Source of the DNA: Octopus bimaculoides
Taxonomy: Eukaryota
Direction: 5' to 3'
Assembly (NCBI RefSeq): GCF_001194135.2
Contig: NC_068990.1
Span: forward strand, 74,065,905-74,129,904
DNA length: 64,000 bases
The position numbers and the translations under genes are program-made. The number at the start of each line of letters is the position of its first letter. The stretch's first letter is position 1. This document shows positions 13,180 to 26,612 of this stretch, in pieces. The notes below the pieces were generated by a model. It had not been told where the DNA came from. It saw only the letters and a list, made by a program, of their open reading frames with translations, and made no database searches.

Positions 13180-13345
13180 GATGGGCTTCTTTCAGTTTCT
13201 GTCTACCAAATCCACCCACAAGGCTTTGGTTAACCTGCAACTATTGTAGAAGACGCTTGCCCAAGGTGAAACACATTGGGATTGAACCTGGAAGCATGTG
13301 GTTGGGAAGCAAGCTTCTTACCAAACAGCCATGCCTGCGCAGCTG
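12960..13345 (-). mobile_element. SINE family B (tRNA head, CORE-like segment, internal microsatellite)
   Basis: Reverse complement of ggctgt.tggtaagaagcttgcttcccaaccacatg..ggttcaatccca..caccttgggcaagcgtcttctac..aaagccttgtg.gtggatttggtagac.gaaactgaaagaagccc. Confidence 0.8.
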
Positions 13346-14514
13346 CTTAATTTTATGGTGGTCAAATGTTATGTCCAAGTCTGTAATGCCTGGATGAGTA
13401 TTTTTGCCATATATATATATGCCAGGTAGATACAAATATAGAAATAGGTGTAAATATGTGTGTGTGTGTGTCTGTGTGTGTATATGTGTGTGCATGTTCG
13501 TGTGTGTATACATATGTATATATGTATGCGTGTGTGTATGTATGAATGTATATATTTCTATACATGTGCATGAAAATGTATCTATCAACCTATCTTTATA
13601 TATGTGTATCCCAATATATATATGTGTGTACATGTGTATGTATGTATAAGTGTATGCATGTGTGTATGTATGTATAGTGATTACAACGATTTGCAACTCT
13701 CTTCCGTATTATTGATTTCCCTTGACGCTATTATCATGTTTTCCATGCTGCACAAAATTAAACTTTCACATAGAAAACTAAATACGTTTCTGAATAAGCA
13801 ACTGCCTCATGATACCTCTGTTATTTACTAGAAGTTATTTGCTTCCTTTGAAATCACATAAATGATCCATCATTCTCAGTTAGTTTTTCCTTGACTTTTG
13901 ATGAAAGTCCACCATTGTTCCATTGGTATAAGCAAGCTGTGTTGGTGGCATGTGATACAAGAGTTTGCTGTCACTGTCTACATACACACCTATAATACAC
14001 AGACATGCATAGACGCAAACATGTAGTTAACCATTTCAGATGGTTATACAAAACTACAACGTGAAGATTACAAAAGAAGAAACAAAACTCTCCTACTGAT
14101 TCCATCACTATAAATCTCATTTCTTCAAAATAAACTTCTATTTTTTTTCCTTGGTGCAGACTATCAAAGCCAGAACAAAATAATGGAACTTACATTCATC
14201 GTCTTTTCAACATTTTCTTCAGCTGTCTGCTTCTTTAGTTTTATTTTTGTCTGGGACACACAATGATTCTAAAGTACTTCACTTCTTGATACTGACATAC
14301 ACCAGCAGGTATCAGCACAAGTTCACTTTTAATCAATCATTTTGTCGCAAAAATATATATTGAACTACTGAAAATTATTATGCAAATTGTTACCAGCCTT
14401 TTAAATAACAAACCATGCTGGATATATTTCTTCTATCACAGTCTTGTCTTTTAAATCTAGACTGTTTTGATTACATGTTTATCTTTCATTATGTATGTGC
14501 ATATATATACATAC

Positions 14515-14561
<47 letters not shown>

Positions 14562-14954
14562 TATATATTTATATCATATTATTTATATATATATATATAT
14601 CATATATTATATATATATATATAAGTATGTATGCATTCATGTATATAGGTATAAGACAGAGAGATGGTTTAATTATATACATTACACAATGTAAAAAATA
14701 ATAATTTGCTGGTGATATTTTTCAATAATTAATTAATAGGTAAAATGATAAATGACCATCATTCTTAATAATTCATTGTTTCCAAAGATTCATTGTTCTA
14801 AAAATTGGCCTAGCTAAATGACTCATTTAATTCACAAAACAATAATTGTCAAGCTATAAATAAAACTAGTCTCAGTAAACTATTTCCATGATAACATTTC
14901 TGAAGCTTTGGCATCTTTAATAAAAGGAACAGAATTCATTCTTGGTACACACAT

Positions 14955-15001
<47 letters not shown>

Positions 15002-16914
15002 CACACACAAGCACCGCACACACAAAACACACACACACACACGCACGCTCACACACAAACACACACTATTTTGTTAAACAAGAAACAGCAGCTGCTAACA
15101 CGAAACACAAAGCTGTTTTCAATGTTGTTGAGAAAGCTAAACAAATGAAACATTGAAGTGAAAGAAAACAGTGTCTGCATTATTGGCATGTAATTGACAA
15201 CATGGCTTAATTATAGCACATTGTTTTTATCAGAGCTTATATGTTCCAAATTAAAACACTATTTATTTACAACAGGTTTGTAGGAAAACTATTATATTAT
15301 TTTGTAAGGAAAAATGTATACGAATCAATTTATGTTATTTCTGGAAGGCAATATTCTTCAGGAATATCCATTGTTACTATCAAATAAATCATTTCATTCA
15401 GACTCAGAGCCTGGGGATAAATAGTAAGACCAATTTCAGATTTAACTCATGCTTCTAATTTGATTAATACTTGAATCATAGGTTTGTAAAGAAAGCAGAC
15501 CAACTGCACCTATTTCACTGATTGCAAACAACTATTATTGTCCTTATCTGAATTTGCTGCTTGTATACTATTAAATCTATTCTATGATGGTTAATAACAA
15601 GATTTACAGTAAATATTAGAGGAAGTGAATCTTTCTCCAATTAATATGGAAATGAGTAATCTGTAGAAAAAATTGCGCTGTGTTCTATGGTTTGAATGGG
15701 TTTGAAAAATAAAAGAAGCAAATTTCAATTTAGAATAATTAGAAAAGTGTCCACTTGATTTCTGTTTAAATCATTCCTTGTTAATCCATCTCTATTCAAT
15801 CAGAAAAGTATTTTTGTAAAACTGAAGCTGGTGGAAATGGTGATAAGAATGATAAAAAACGGTTTATCTTTTTATTTTTGTTCACTGTATTTTTATGGCT
15901 TGAAATTTGTTTTTAACTGCAGAAAAAACAAACGTTTTGTTGTTTTCTTCTGTGAAATACTGGTGCTAACTTAAAATTAGACACAATCAAGAAAGTTTGA
16001 TAAGTATATATTTTGTTAATTTTATCATCATCAAAAAAAATAAAAAGATACCAAAAAACAAACTGATTGTATAAAGGAATTTTTCGCTGTTCTGAAGTAT
16101 TTTCTTTCTTTAAATATATAGCAAAACAATAATGAGATGGATTAAGATAATTGAAAAGCAATGTAATGGAATCAAAGCTTGAACATTTTATCTTGGGTAA
16201 AACATGAAAAAAAGATTATTACAACTCACAAAAACAGTCTAAGTAAGAGTTAACTTCATCAACAAACATAGGAAATACAGGAGAGAAAATTTTTATATCA
16301 ATTTTCTTAGATAGTGTGAAGCAAAAAATTCTCTGTTAGAAAAGTTAAGGATTTTACAACTAGTCGATATGTTATTTTTTTATGCAAAATTGTAACTATA
16401 TTAAAAGTACCTAACTCAGTGATGTAAGATGAAACTAGTACTAACCAATGGCTATTTATTACTGTTACAGTTATAGCATTAAAAATTAACACCTTATGAC
16501 TGAAATTATTTTGTGGCACTCAGAATATTACAGAAAGGATGTAATCCATCAACAAAGACATGAAAGAGACATATACAAACTGCTACACACTCATAAGTAG
16601 TTATAAAGGTATTGGACAATAGCTGAAGAGTGTGTTTTGATACAGGACAGATAAGTAATAACAAGCTTTAATACATAACACAGTGAGCAAAAAATATTAT
16701 AAGAGTAATATGAAGGTAATTCATTAGCATTAATGAAAAGTAAGCATCATTTGTTTATCTCTCTCCCTGTCTCTCCCACTCTTTCTCTTTTTACTTGTTT
16801 GGAGAAAGGTATTTCTCTCCCTTTATCACAGCTCTAGTTTCATCTGTTTCATATAGCTTCATTAAAAGCTTGCAAACTCCCTCCAGCTACAAGCAGTTCT
16901 TTGACTACTTTTAC

Positions 16915-17121
16915 CTGGCAAACAAATGGATTTTGCTACACTAAACAAACAAGCTGCATAACGTTTTCCCAAAGTCATTCTGCTGATATCTAAGCATGTT
17001 CCTCTTTTCGGCCCCCAGAATGCATCAAAAACAAACATTGCACAATATACTATATTCTCTTACTATTCCACAGAAACAAAGACTTCTGAAATGCTTTTCC
17101 TGTCCATGTTTACATTCTAAC
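16915..17121 (-). other. candidate exon of a minus-strand transcript
   Basis: Acceptor gatatttcttcag and donor ccag|gtaaaag. Contains an ATG frame open to the donor (MFVFDAFWGPKRGTCLDISRMTLGKRYAACLFSVAKSICLP). No recognised homology. Confidence 0.25.
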
Positions 17122-18593
17122 CTGAAGAAATATCTTTGATCCCAAGTAAATAACAATTAAAAACAAAACAACAAAACAAAACAAAATCGAAATATTGACA
17201 AGTAAACATCACTTCATGAGCTAAATATACATTCTCTCTCTGTCTCTGTTTCTTTGTCTGTCTGTCTGTTTGTCTCCCTCTCTTTCTCTCTCTGTCTCCT
17301 TCCCTCTCTAACTGATACAGAATAATATAGCAGAAAAGAGGCTAAAGTCTGCAAGATAGTTACTCAATCCAGAGTGGGTGGTTTTCTTCAGTTTGACAAA
17401 AAGAATCTGTCCACGTGCTTGTACCTGCCAAAACGCACCAATTTTTGCACCACCTATCTTCAAAATTTTCTCGCTTTTTTTTTTTCATGTTTTCTCATAG
17501 TCCGGCGTCCTGGTTTTTAAATACGTCTAACGTTATGAACTGAGCCTGAAAGATTGCTAGGAGATACATAGCATAGCTTATATATCTGACAATTCAATGT
17601 ATCATAAAACATGAATCTATTAGTAACTCATTTGTAATTGTGTATAGTAAATTGATATATATATATATATATATATATGCATACGTAACTTTCTATCTTT
17701 CTCTCTACCAACCTAACTTTATATACAAGTATATATATTCAATTTGTTTTTAACATTATTTTGCGTGACATCAAGTTATTATTATCTACATATGTCACTA
17801 TTCTTAAGCAATATATATTATATGTCAATAATATTTATAAGTGTTTTATAAATGAAATATTACAAAAAAATTTAGGTAAACATTCGCACTCACAAACATA
17901 CACGGAAACATACACACATATATACGTGCACACACGCATACATAGACACATGTACACTCACGCTCCTACGAATTCTAGACAAAACATATTCCCATTGGAA
18001 ATGTTTTTTGTTAATTCATTTTTTTAATTAGATTATTGGATTTGTACTGAAGTAGATTATTGTATATTTTTATGAAATGATCAATACTTTCTAGTTTAAT
18101 TAAGTATTCAATTTCAAAACAGTTCAGGTCACATATAGTGTTAGAACACTCTTTGTATTTCATACAATATAAATTTCGTTTTGCTGGTTGTTTGTTCAAC
18201 GAGAAAGTCAGCAAATCTCTCCTAAATCACATCCTACTTTTTTAGAATGTAAAGTAAGCAATTGCCAGTCAAAGGAACTCTGTCCAAATCCTTCTGTTAG
18301 AAAACGCATTTGTGAATAGCAGAGTAAGGGCATGTTGTACTGCAGCCCTTTTGTCAAACTGGAGAATTTTCCCTTTGAAATATGTCCTGGGGTGGATATA
18401 TTGATCTGATGAATTTAGAAATCTTGAAATAAGACAGTATATCAGTATAATTGCAGTTCTATGTCTGAGACAAAAAATATAGGAAAAAAGTAACATATGA
18501 GCAAGCATATATACATATGAAGTACCCCTAAGCATTTTAATAATAATAATAATAATAATAATGATAATAATAATAATAATAATNNNNNNNNNN

Positions 18594-18637
<44 letters not shown>

Positions 18638-18715
18638 GCTCGTATCGTAAGGAAAGTCTGGTCTCTATGAGACAGAAGAAAGTATTACATGAAACCTTTG
18701 GTAATTTTATGAATA
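18638..18715 (+). mobile_element. very short R4/Dong-type 3' fragment after (TAA)n
   Basis: ARIVRKVWSL* resembles the ARIIRKIL C-terminus of the 21314 element and directly follows a (TAA)n tract. Confidence 0.35.
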
Positions 18716-19084
18716 TAGATAATTATCTATGTGTATGATCATGTAGTTAAGAAGTTTGCATCATTATAAACACAACGTTAACACAGATATACAGATTCCT
18801 CCCTACATGTATATGTGTGTGTGTATTTTTGTTTTATGTCAAGTTATGTATAAAATGTTGAACATTATTCTGAAGGGTGACACAATGATTTTTAGTAGAG
18901 TAAATATTTATCAAAAATTTTACAGTGACTTTTAAGTTTCGGCCTATATGTACCATCAACATTATGCAATGGTGTGTGGATTGAGGTGGCCTCTACAGAG
19001 ATGATTGTCCAGTCATCCTAAGAAATTTTAATCTAAAACAAAAACGTTAAAATTGGGCAAGAATTATTTCTCTTTTTTAAAAAC

Positions 19085-19466
19085 TTAGGTATCTCCATTT
19101 CCATGTGCAGGGTTTAGCTCCTGCACATAATGCGGTTTCCACGGATGAAAATTCAATTCTTTAGGCAACACTGTACGCATTGTATGTCTTGTTAGTGCAC
19201 TTTCACGAGCTGCTTGACGTGTTGATTTTTGTTGGCTGCAATTAAGCATTTCCTGCATTGTTGCCTCGTTCTCCGCTGCTGATTGGGATGTGGTTGGACA
19301 GACACTTCTTGTTACAGCGTTCACAGAGCCCGTGGTCATCAGCTTTGTATGCCGTAGTGCTGCAAGCTTACCTTTCCACGCACGCCGCTATCTCTAAACC
19401 AAAACAATGGAATTCCACACTTCATAGCGTGCTAGATCGCTCCTGAACAGTCAAGCGACCGGCCAT
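19085..19466 (-). mobile_element. Tc1/mariner-superfamily transposase N-terminal remnant (DUF4817-like HTH)
   Basis: MAGRLTVQER / ARYEVWNSIVLV..KLMTTGSV..STRQAARESALTRHTMRTVLPKELNFHPWKPHYVQEL resembles the S.RxAA..L..HPYK..xVQEL motif. Contains stops and frameshifts. Confidence 0.75.
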
Positions 19467-19599
19467 CTGAAAAATAAGAAATAAGACAATAAAAAAATAA
19501 GAAATCCCCATTAGTGTTGTCTGTTTTAAAAAATGTTTCCATCATGACTTCATTGATACTAAAAATTCTGTAAGCATTTTCTAATGCCTAGTAACTTTC

Positions 19600-20400
19600 C
19601 ACCTATCCTGTATAGTAAAAAACCTATCCGAGAACAGTTTGTAAAGGCTCTCTTCTTTGTATTCCAATAAAAATATCTCCAATGAAATAACAATTCCATA
19701 TAAAGAAGCTGTTCGTAGCAACGACTACAGGAAAGGTACATTACATAATTAATATCGCACCCACAATAATTCCAAAACATAAAATAGGAAAGCAAAACGA
19801 TCTGATTCAGTTATCTCTTCAGCAGCCAAATGCCCCCAAAAGACTTTCACTCAAACCACAGATACCACAGTCTAATAAATAAATACAACATAAACATATC
19901 AGACTCCACAGTTAACTGCGAAATAGCTATAGCAAATTATAACCACAAAAACTTTCAAAGTATGAAAAACAAAACCACACATCTGGCATCATTAATTGAA
20001 ACTGTAATAATTCTTTATCCTGCTCTCTGAAAGGAAATTGCCTCACAAGTAATATAATCGATAGCACAACTGGAACCACGAATAATATATCAACTGCATA
20101 CGCATATACTGGGCCAACAGCAAAGTGGTACGAAATACAACACAACCAACATATTCATACTTTCTGAAACACAAAGTGAAAAAATGACAATGGACACTAA
20201 AGTTTAAAATACACTCTTTAGCATTAACTGGAAAGTATTATCTCATGACCAGCCATTTGTTTTACAAAATGAATAATCCCTACAATGCATTAGACTTTGC
20301 AGGGTTTGTGAAGAGAATACTGTACGAAGAATTACTTGTGGAAACACCCTTATCTAACCAGACTGTCACAGAATGAATTTAAGTAGGTTTTCTCAACTTT
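19600..20400 (+). mobile_element. Penelope-like element remnant (RT C-terminus plus GIY-YIG)
   Basis: HRYHSLINKYNINISDSTVN..IANYNHK resembles the HKIFNRN.KxSYS motif; IIYQ..ILGQ; SINWKVLSHDQPF followed by a C-x2-C-like segment. Heavily decayed. Confidence 0.6.
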
Positions 20401-20429
20401 TTCTAACTACCTTACTGTAAATATTTAGT

Positions 20430-20760
20430 ATATAAACACGTGACTTAGAGTAGCTTCCGAAACTGGACCATCTGCTCAATGATCTCAAGTCACTAGATAT
20501 AAATACGGTGGATATCAGTGAGAAGAGAATTTACGATATATAAATCTCCACGCCCATTTTCGATGTATACAAGATCTATTAATCTGCAAATCGACCAAAA
20601 AAGAGGTGAAGTTATAGTACATGGACATAAGCGAAGGCCTTATCTTCAGACGAGTAGCCGTATTCTGCCCAATACGGACTGGATGATTACATTTCGTTAG
20701 ACATCTAGTGTTTCCGGGGAACGTCCTGCTCTTTCGCACATGTATGTCAAAGGAAAACAA
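20430..20760 (+). mobile_element. L1/Tx1-like AP-endonuclease N-terminal remnant
   Basis: TRDLE*LPKLDHLLNDLKSLDINTVDISEKR..PIFDVYKIY*SANRPKKR / GEVIV resembles the NxRGL..ISET..GG.V pattern of LINE APE domains. Confidence 0.55.
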
Positions 20761-21261
20761 AATTGAATAAATAGGTGCCTCTTAATCTGAAGCTTTATTT
20801 CTACTCGTTGTCATAGCAAATATATTCGCCCCCTTCAACAAATAAATAAACTGATAAGTATAAACAAATTTGTTGTCAGCCCTACGATAAAGTCTTATCC
20901 TTATGTTACACATTTTCCTGTGTCTCCTAAAGACTTGATGTATTTCAGAAGTAGATAAACAGTAGAATACTAGTATATAATTGTTTAAAGAAGGGGCTTT
21001 CTTCTTTTACCAATGATATTTTTAGTAATATAAAATAGATAATGTTTCTTACAAAGAATCAAAGAATAATTGTTAGCGGTTTAAGATTTGTAATATTGTA
21101 ACGAAGTTAATGAAGGTAACTATCTCTGTGATTAGGTTCAGTGTTAAGAAAAAAAGAAAGAAAAGTAATAGAATTAACCTTTGTTGATAAGAGGTTTTTG
21201 TACTCTAACAATATTCTACGTGCGTCATTGTAATTGATTAAATCATACTTACAAAATCGAG

Positions 21262-21313
<52 letters not shown>

Positions 21314-21314
<1 letters not shown>

Positions 21315-22250
21315 GCCCAAAGTATGGAAACTTTACTAGTGACAGTCAGGAATGAAGGAATATTGAGAGCAGAAAAAAGGAAAACAAAGGAAGAAGTACA
21401 AAAAAAAAACACACGAAGAAGAATTACGCAACAAGGAACTACACAATCAATTCCATGTAGCCACAATAAAAGCTGCTAGAAAAATAGGTGGGATTGGAAC
21501 CCTAAAAAAATTGACCGAGAGCACTATACTTGGCTACGAACTGGAGGATCAACCTTAGGAATGAGCAAGTGTCTCCACTGTGTTGCATCTACAATAGAGT
21601 GTATGAAACCATTGCCCATATCACGAACGAATGTTCTAGACTTGCTCCAAATCACTAGAAGTTGTGGTGACACGGCCAGGTAGCGAAAGTGCTACATTGA
21701 AAACTGCAAAAGTGGGGGCTAGAGAGAGGCAAGACGTGGTTGAGCACAAACCGCAGAGAGTAGTGGAGTTGGACACTAGCGAAATCCTCTGGGATTTCCC
21801 AATCCAAACAGATCAGGTGTTAGAGCATAACAAACAGGACCTAGCGGTGGTGGACAAGGCGCACCACATATGCTATATAGGTGATGTTGCATGCCCCTTT
21901 GACCCACAGATAGTCAAGAAGGAAGACGAAAAGATAGATAGAGACAACCCTCTTAAATACGAAATAGTCTAGCTATTGAAAATGAAGAAGGTGAAGATGG
22001 TGCCAATTATTGTTGGGTCCTTAAGGAACAGTACCAGAAAGCATCAAGAGGAATATAAAGGAAATTGGAATAGAGTGCCCAGTAGAACTGTTACAAAAGG
22101 CTTGCCTCCTTGGCATGGCCAGGATAATCAGGAAAATATTAGATAGCTGAAAAGAACAGATAGCATGGTACCATATGTTGCAGGTAGTAAGCCCGCTACG
22201 CATGCAAGACTTCAAGAGCTCCAACAAAACCTGTGACCAAGAAAAAATAA
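21314..22250 (+). mobile_element. 5'-truncated R4/Dong-clade LINE (restriction-like endonuclease end)
   Basis: EILWDFPIQTDQVLEHNKQDLAVVDK..CYIGDVACPFD..KKEDEKIDR..LKYEI..VPIIVGSL / GTVP..LLQKACLLGMARIIRKILDS*. Preceded by (TAA)n and followed by (TAG)n. Dong elements are known to target TAA repeats. Confidence 0.85.
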
Positions 22251-22321
22251 TAATAATATAAATCATAAAAGTAGTAGTAGTAGTAGTAGTAGTAATAAAA
22301 CTTTGGTTTTGAAAGTTAGTG

Positions 22322-22510
22322 TAAGGAATTGTTTGTTGATCACTGTAGCCTGCCTAGGAAATCATTCTATAAATGGTAAAGAAAAGGATAAAATCGTACA
22401 ATATACAAACTTGAGAACAGATACTCTGAGAATATGGAATACAGCAAGCAAGTGATTGGAGCACGTGATCTGATGGCCAAAAATCTCCAGAAACACCTTG
22501 ATACGAGCTA
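22322..22510 (+). mobile_element. second R4/Dong-type endonuclease fragment
   Basis: RNCLLITVACLGNHSING / KEKDKIVQYTNLRTDTLRIWN matches the DVACP..KE.EKI.KY..L motif. Confidence 0.6.
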
Positions 22511-22686
22511 TACAACCTGAAGAAAATTCTGACTGGGTCTCACCTGCAATACCCTGCGCTTTTTTTCTTGATATGAAGTCACATATCGTTGTGATGCATG
22601 TATCTGGTGTACCCTTATCGGATGGCTAAACATAATGAGTATATTAAGCTTCGAATATTTGAACCCCAGAAATAATAATAATAATA

Positions 22687-23214
22687 GGCTCTCATGGCTT
22701 CTGATCTTAATTGATTCGAAGTGTTATCATGTATATTGTTTTGTCTTGGTATAAAAGTTGGGCTACAGCAAATATTTTGCTTAATACCACAGATTTGCTT
22801 GTCAGTTGTTTGACCTTAACCAGTTGGGCATGTTCCTTGGTGGCTGACGATATGTGCATCTCTGATCATGAGCAGAAGTAGTGGGGGAGCATTAGAGCCA
22901 TGTGTTGAGAGGAATTCTTTGGAGTTCGAATAATTCACCTTTGGAAACATGGGTGTTTTGCTCAACATCCTTAAGCAACCCTTATTCAAGAACCATTTGA
23001 GGAGGATGGGCTACTCGACATGAAGAAAATTCTGAGTTCTCACCTGCAAAGTCATGCGCTGTTTATCTTGATATGAGATCACCATGTCGCACACATATGG
23101 TTATGAGGCATGTGCTTGGTGCACCCTTATCAGACGGAAAGTCATGATGGGTATACTAGGCTTCGTATATTTTACCCCAGTGTCACTTTGATGGCATGCA
23201 CTGCTCTCTCACTC
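22687..23214. mobile_element. unidentified ~550 bp (TAA)n-flanked dispersed element
   Basis: Homologous to 33333-33886, 33921-34486 and a partial copy at 22516-22672. Every copy abuts (TAA)n. Confidence 0.8.
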
Positions 23215-23215
23215 A

Positions 23216-23268
<53 letters not shown>

Positions 23269-23289
23269 TAGCTGGACCCTTGAAAAATT

Positions 23290-23445
23290 CACGTGGCTGT
23301 GTGGTAAGTAGTTTGCTTACCAACCGAATGGTTCCGAGTTCAGTCTCACTGCGTGGCATCTTGGGCAAGTGTCTTCTACTATAGCCTCGGGCTGCCCAAA
23401 GCCTTGTGAGTGGATTTGGTAGGCGGAAACTGAAAGAAGCCCGTC

Positions 23446-23530
<85 letters not shown>
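23290..23530 (+). mobile_element. SINE family B with (TA)n, CpGs retained
   Basis: gtggctgtgtggtaagtagtttgcttaccaaccgaatggttccgagttcagtctcactgcgtggcatcttgggcaagtgtc. Confidence 0.85.
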
Positions 23531-23534
<4 letters not shown>

Positions 23535-24536
23535 GTTCTTTACAGTTTGTGAGTCAAAATCCCGTGGGGTTCAATTTGTCTTTCAACGTTCGTTGTTGGT
23601 AAAATGAAGAACAAGTCAAGAACTGATGTCCATGTAATCAACTTGCCCTCTTCTCTCATCAAAAATACAACAAAACCCTGTTAACGCACCAGTAAATTAT
23701 TAAAACTTTCTTTTATTACACATATATGATGAAATCTTAAACCATTCGAAAGCCTCTTGTTCGTAGAATAAAAAATGTTTTTGCAGAAATTAACCTTGTC
23801 AACAAGATAACACTTTTTACGGAACTTTCTTCAAGACGTCAGCTTTTCCAATATAATAATAGTAATTGTTCCTAATATACGCAACAGGTCTGAAATTTAG
23901 GAAGCGAAGAGCAATAAATTAAATCGACTTATGTTCTTAACGTGTGTGTGTGTATAACACTGAAAGAGAAAGATAGGAATACGAAGAGAAAAGAGAGAAA
24001 AACAAAAGGAAGATGACAATGAATGAGAGGGTAGAACTAGGACGAATAGAAAAAAGAGAGAAAAGAATAAGATCAGTGAAATGAAAAAAATCAATCAGTA
24101 TAAAGATGTAAGTAAAATATCAAAGGCATATAATAATACGTGTGTGCAGGGTGACATAAAAGTATATGATTATAAGTATAAGTCAAATAAAAAGCCATTA
24201 ATAACGAAATGCAAAGAAAAATAAAATGAATTTGAACTTAAAATTAGAATCTGAATTCCACGGAGATTAGCAGGTGCAAAGGGAAGGAAACTAAACTATA
24301 AAAGAGAGTTTGTCCACGAAGATAATAAAATGCAAAATACGAAATGCGTGTGCGCGAAAGAGGCATACCAGCCAAGGAAAAAACCTCAATATGATAAAAA
24401 TATTCAGTATAGTGAAGTAAAGACGATATCAAAACGGCGGCGTAAGGTCACAGAAATTAACAAGTAGATTTTTTTTTAAATAACAAAAAATTAAAAATTA
24501 AAAAAAAGGAAAGAGAGATGGAGTAAATATTTCCAG

Positions 24537-24635
24537 GTGTACCTGCAGGAATACAAAAAGCTCAGATCTTTTTGCATTGCGCACGTGAGTTAGCAAATAG
24601 GATAAAAAGTTTTGCGCTTAAACACAGATCACAAG
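24537..24635 (+). other. candidate 99-nt symmetric exon
   Basis: tttccag|...acaag|gtaatt with an open phase-1 frame GVPAGIQKAQIFLHCARELANRIKSFALKHRSQ. Polypyrimidine tract is weak and no homology is recognised. Confidence 0.2.
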
Positions 24636-26289
24636 GTAATTTCTAATGAAGACGTTGATACAGTTGAATAAGGTCTACGCTACTCCAATATGTTTCAAAT
24701 GCAGCAGGGATGGATTCCTTCTAGAACCAAACAAACATGGATAAGTATTTTGAGGATTTTTTTTCTTGGAGAATAAATGTGATGTTGTTATATTTACCCC
24801 AAACACCATCATCATTCTCATCATCATCATCATATTATTGTCGTCATCATATTACGTTGGTTTTTCTACACTGACGAGTGTTTTCCAGGACAGTATCCTG
24901 ACATTTTTTTACCGAAAGACTGTAACGGTTATTCAAAAATCTAGTCTTGAACAGTTTGTTACATTGATTTGTTTGTTTTGATTGTTGTGATCTTTTCTAC
25001 TCTCTGTCTCGTTCTGTACTTTTCTCCTCTTTTACCCCTCACTCTTCTATTTCTCTCTAATATGTCACCTTTCTCACTTTGCCTCCTGTTTCTAACTCAT
25101 TATTTCTTATTTCTGTTTTGGCTACTAATCTATTTTTGCCTTTCAGCTGTCTTACATACACACGTATCCTCTATGCAGTTACTTACACAAAGACGTCGTC
25201 CAAGAGCTTATCATATATTCTCTATACCATTCGTGTTGTACTTCTGCTATTGTTTGGTATTCTTTGTTTTGTTTTATATTCATAGAAATTGAGAAATACT
25301 TAATTTTTTTTGTATAAACGAATTGTGTTATATTTAAATTTATAGTGAACAGATCTATGATTCATATAATTTTTCTGTTGTTGTCACTATATATCTTTTT
25401 CACCCTTGTATTTTTATTTGAGTTGCAAAGACTCACATGAATAGTTTTCCTCTTATTGGTTCATTTCCATTCTGTTAGTAGTCTAACCAAGGTATCTTAA
25501 AGTTGATGATGCTCTAAGGTAGTCTTTTCTACCTAGAGGTGTCGAAACTGCTATAACCCTTAATGAGACAGCTGAAGAAGGTTAAATCTTCATTATTTTT
25601 GTTTTGTCCTGTCTTATGTTTTTATCGTTTGTACTAATTCCTTATACTTTCATAAAGACAGCACTGTCAGTATCGGACATGCTGGTGTAGAAAGCAGTTT
25701 TAAATTTCTTTTTAAATGTTTTCCACATTCGTGCCAACTCCTTCATCCTAATTCAGTAACTGATTTAATTCTCTAGCCATAAATAAGAGGAAAACCTTTT
25801 ACTTACCAACGTGGCGTCATTCAGACTGGAGTTTTAAAAAAATATACCTTATGCTACAAGGAATTTTGCTAACTCGACCATGGTTGAAACCAAGAATAAC
25901 ACTACCGACGAAAATAGCACTAAAGCACCAGAATATTCATACACATACGTATATACGTTTGCATACGTATATTTAGGATATGCACACAGATGCATGCATG
26001 TATGTATGTGTCTGTCTGTCTGTCTGTCCGTCCGTCTGTCTGTCTGTCTGTCTGTATGTATGTATGTTTATATGTATGTATGTATATGCATATATACTTA
26101 CATATCACAGTTTACATTTTTACATATTTCAATGTTTTGGGATAAAACTACTGTCATCAAGATGTTATAAAGGTTGCTGAGGATTTGCCTTTTGATTGCA
26201 ATCGGGCAGGGAGAAACTGTTGAAACCCATCGAATGGATATTTTTTTTTTTGTTGATATTTTTAACTCCAGTAATATGTTTCTAATACA

Positions 26290-26612
26290 TTTTCTTACAT
26301 TGTGTGGCTCGTCAGTGTCTGAGATCTTCCCGGCCATTTCCTTTGGACATTCTGAGAAGTTCCACTTGCCTGAAACTTACTTTTTATTTGAGTGATAGTA
26401 ACTCGAAGGGGTGGTTCTGTCTGAAACTCCCTCCTAGATTGCCTTTGTACTTTGAATCGTTAAGCGTATTTTGAAACCTCCAGTAGCACTTTCCGATAAA
26501 ATTTCTTTGTTTAAAGCCCAGTCTGTCACACTTCATTGATTCAAATAGGTTCAATCTTAAAAAGAGAAAATGAACTCTTAAAGTATGTATATACTTTTTG
26601 GGACACTGCGTA
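26290..26612 (-). mobile_element. Tc1/mariner-superfamily element left end with transposase N-terminus (DUF4817-like)
   Basis: End reads TA-CGCAGTGTCCCAAAAAGT. Translation MKCDRLGFKQRNFIGKCYWRFQN / RREFQTEPP / RVTITQIKSKFQASGTSQNVQRKWPGRSQT. Confidence 0.7.

Noticed and set aside
14193-14300. MSVSRSEVL*NHCVSQ.. with an in-frame TAG that A-to-I editing could recode to Trp
   Set aside because: No homology or dsRNA partner supports it, and in-frame stops between short open stretches are expected by chance in AT-rich DNA.
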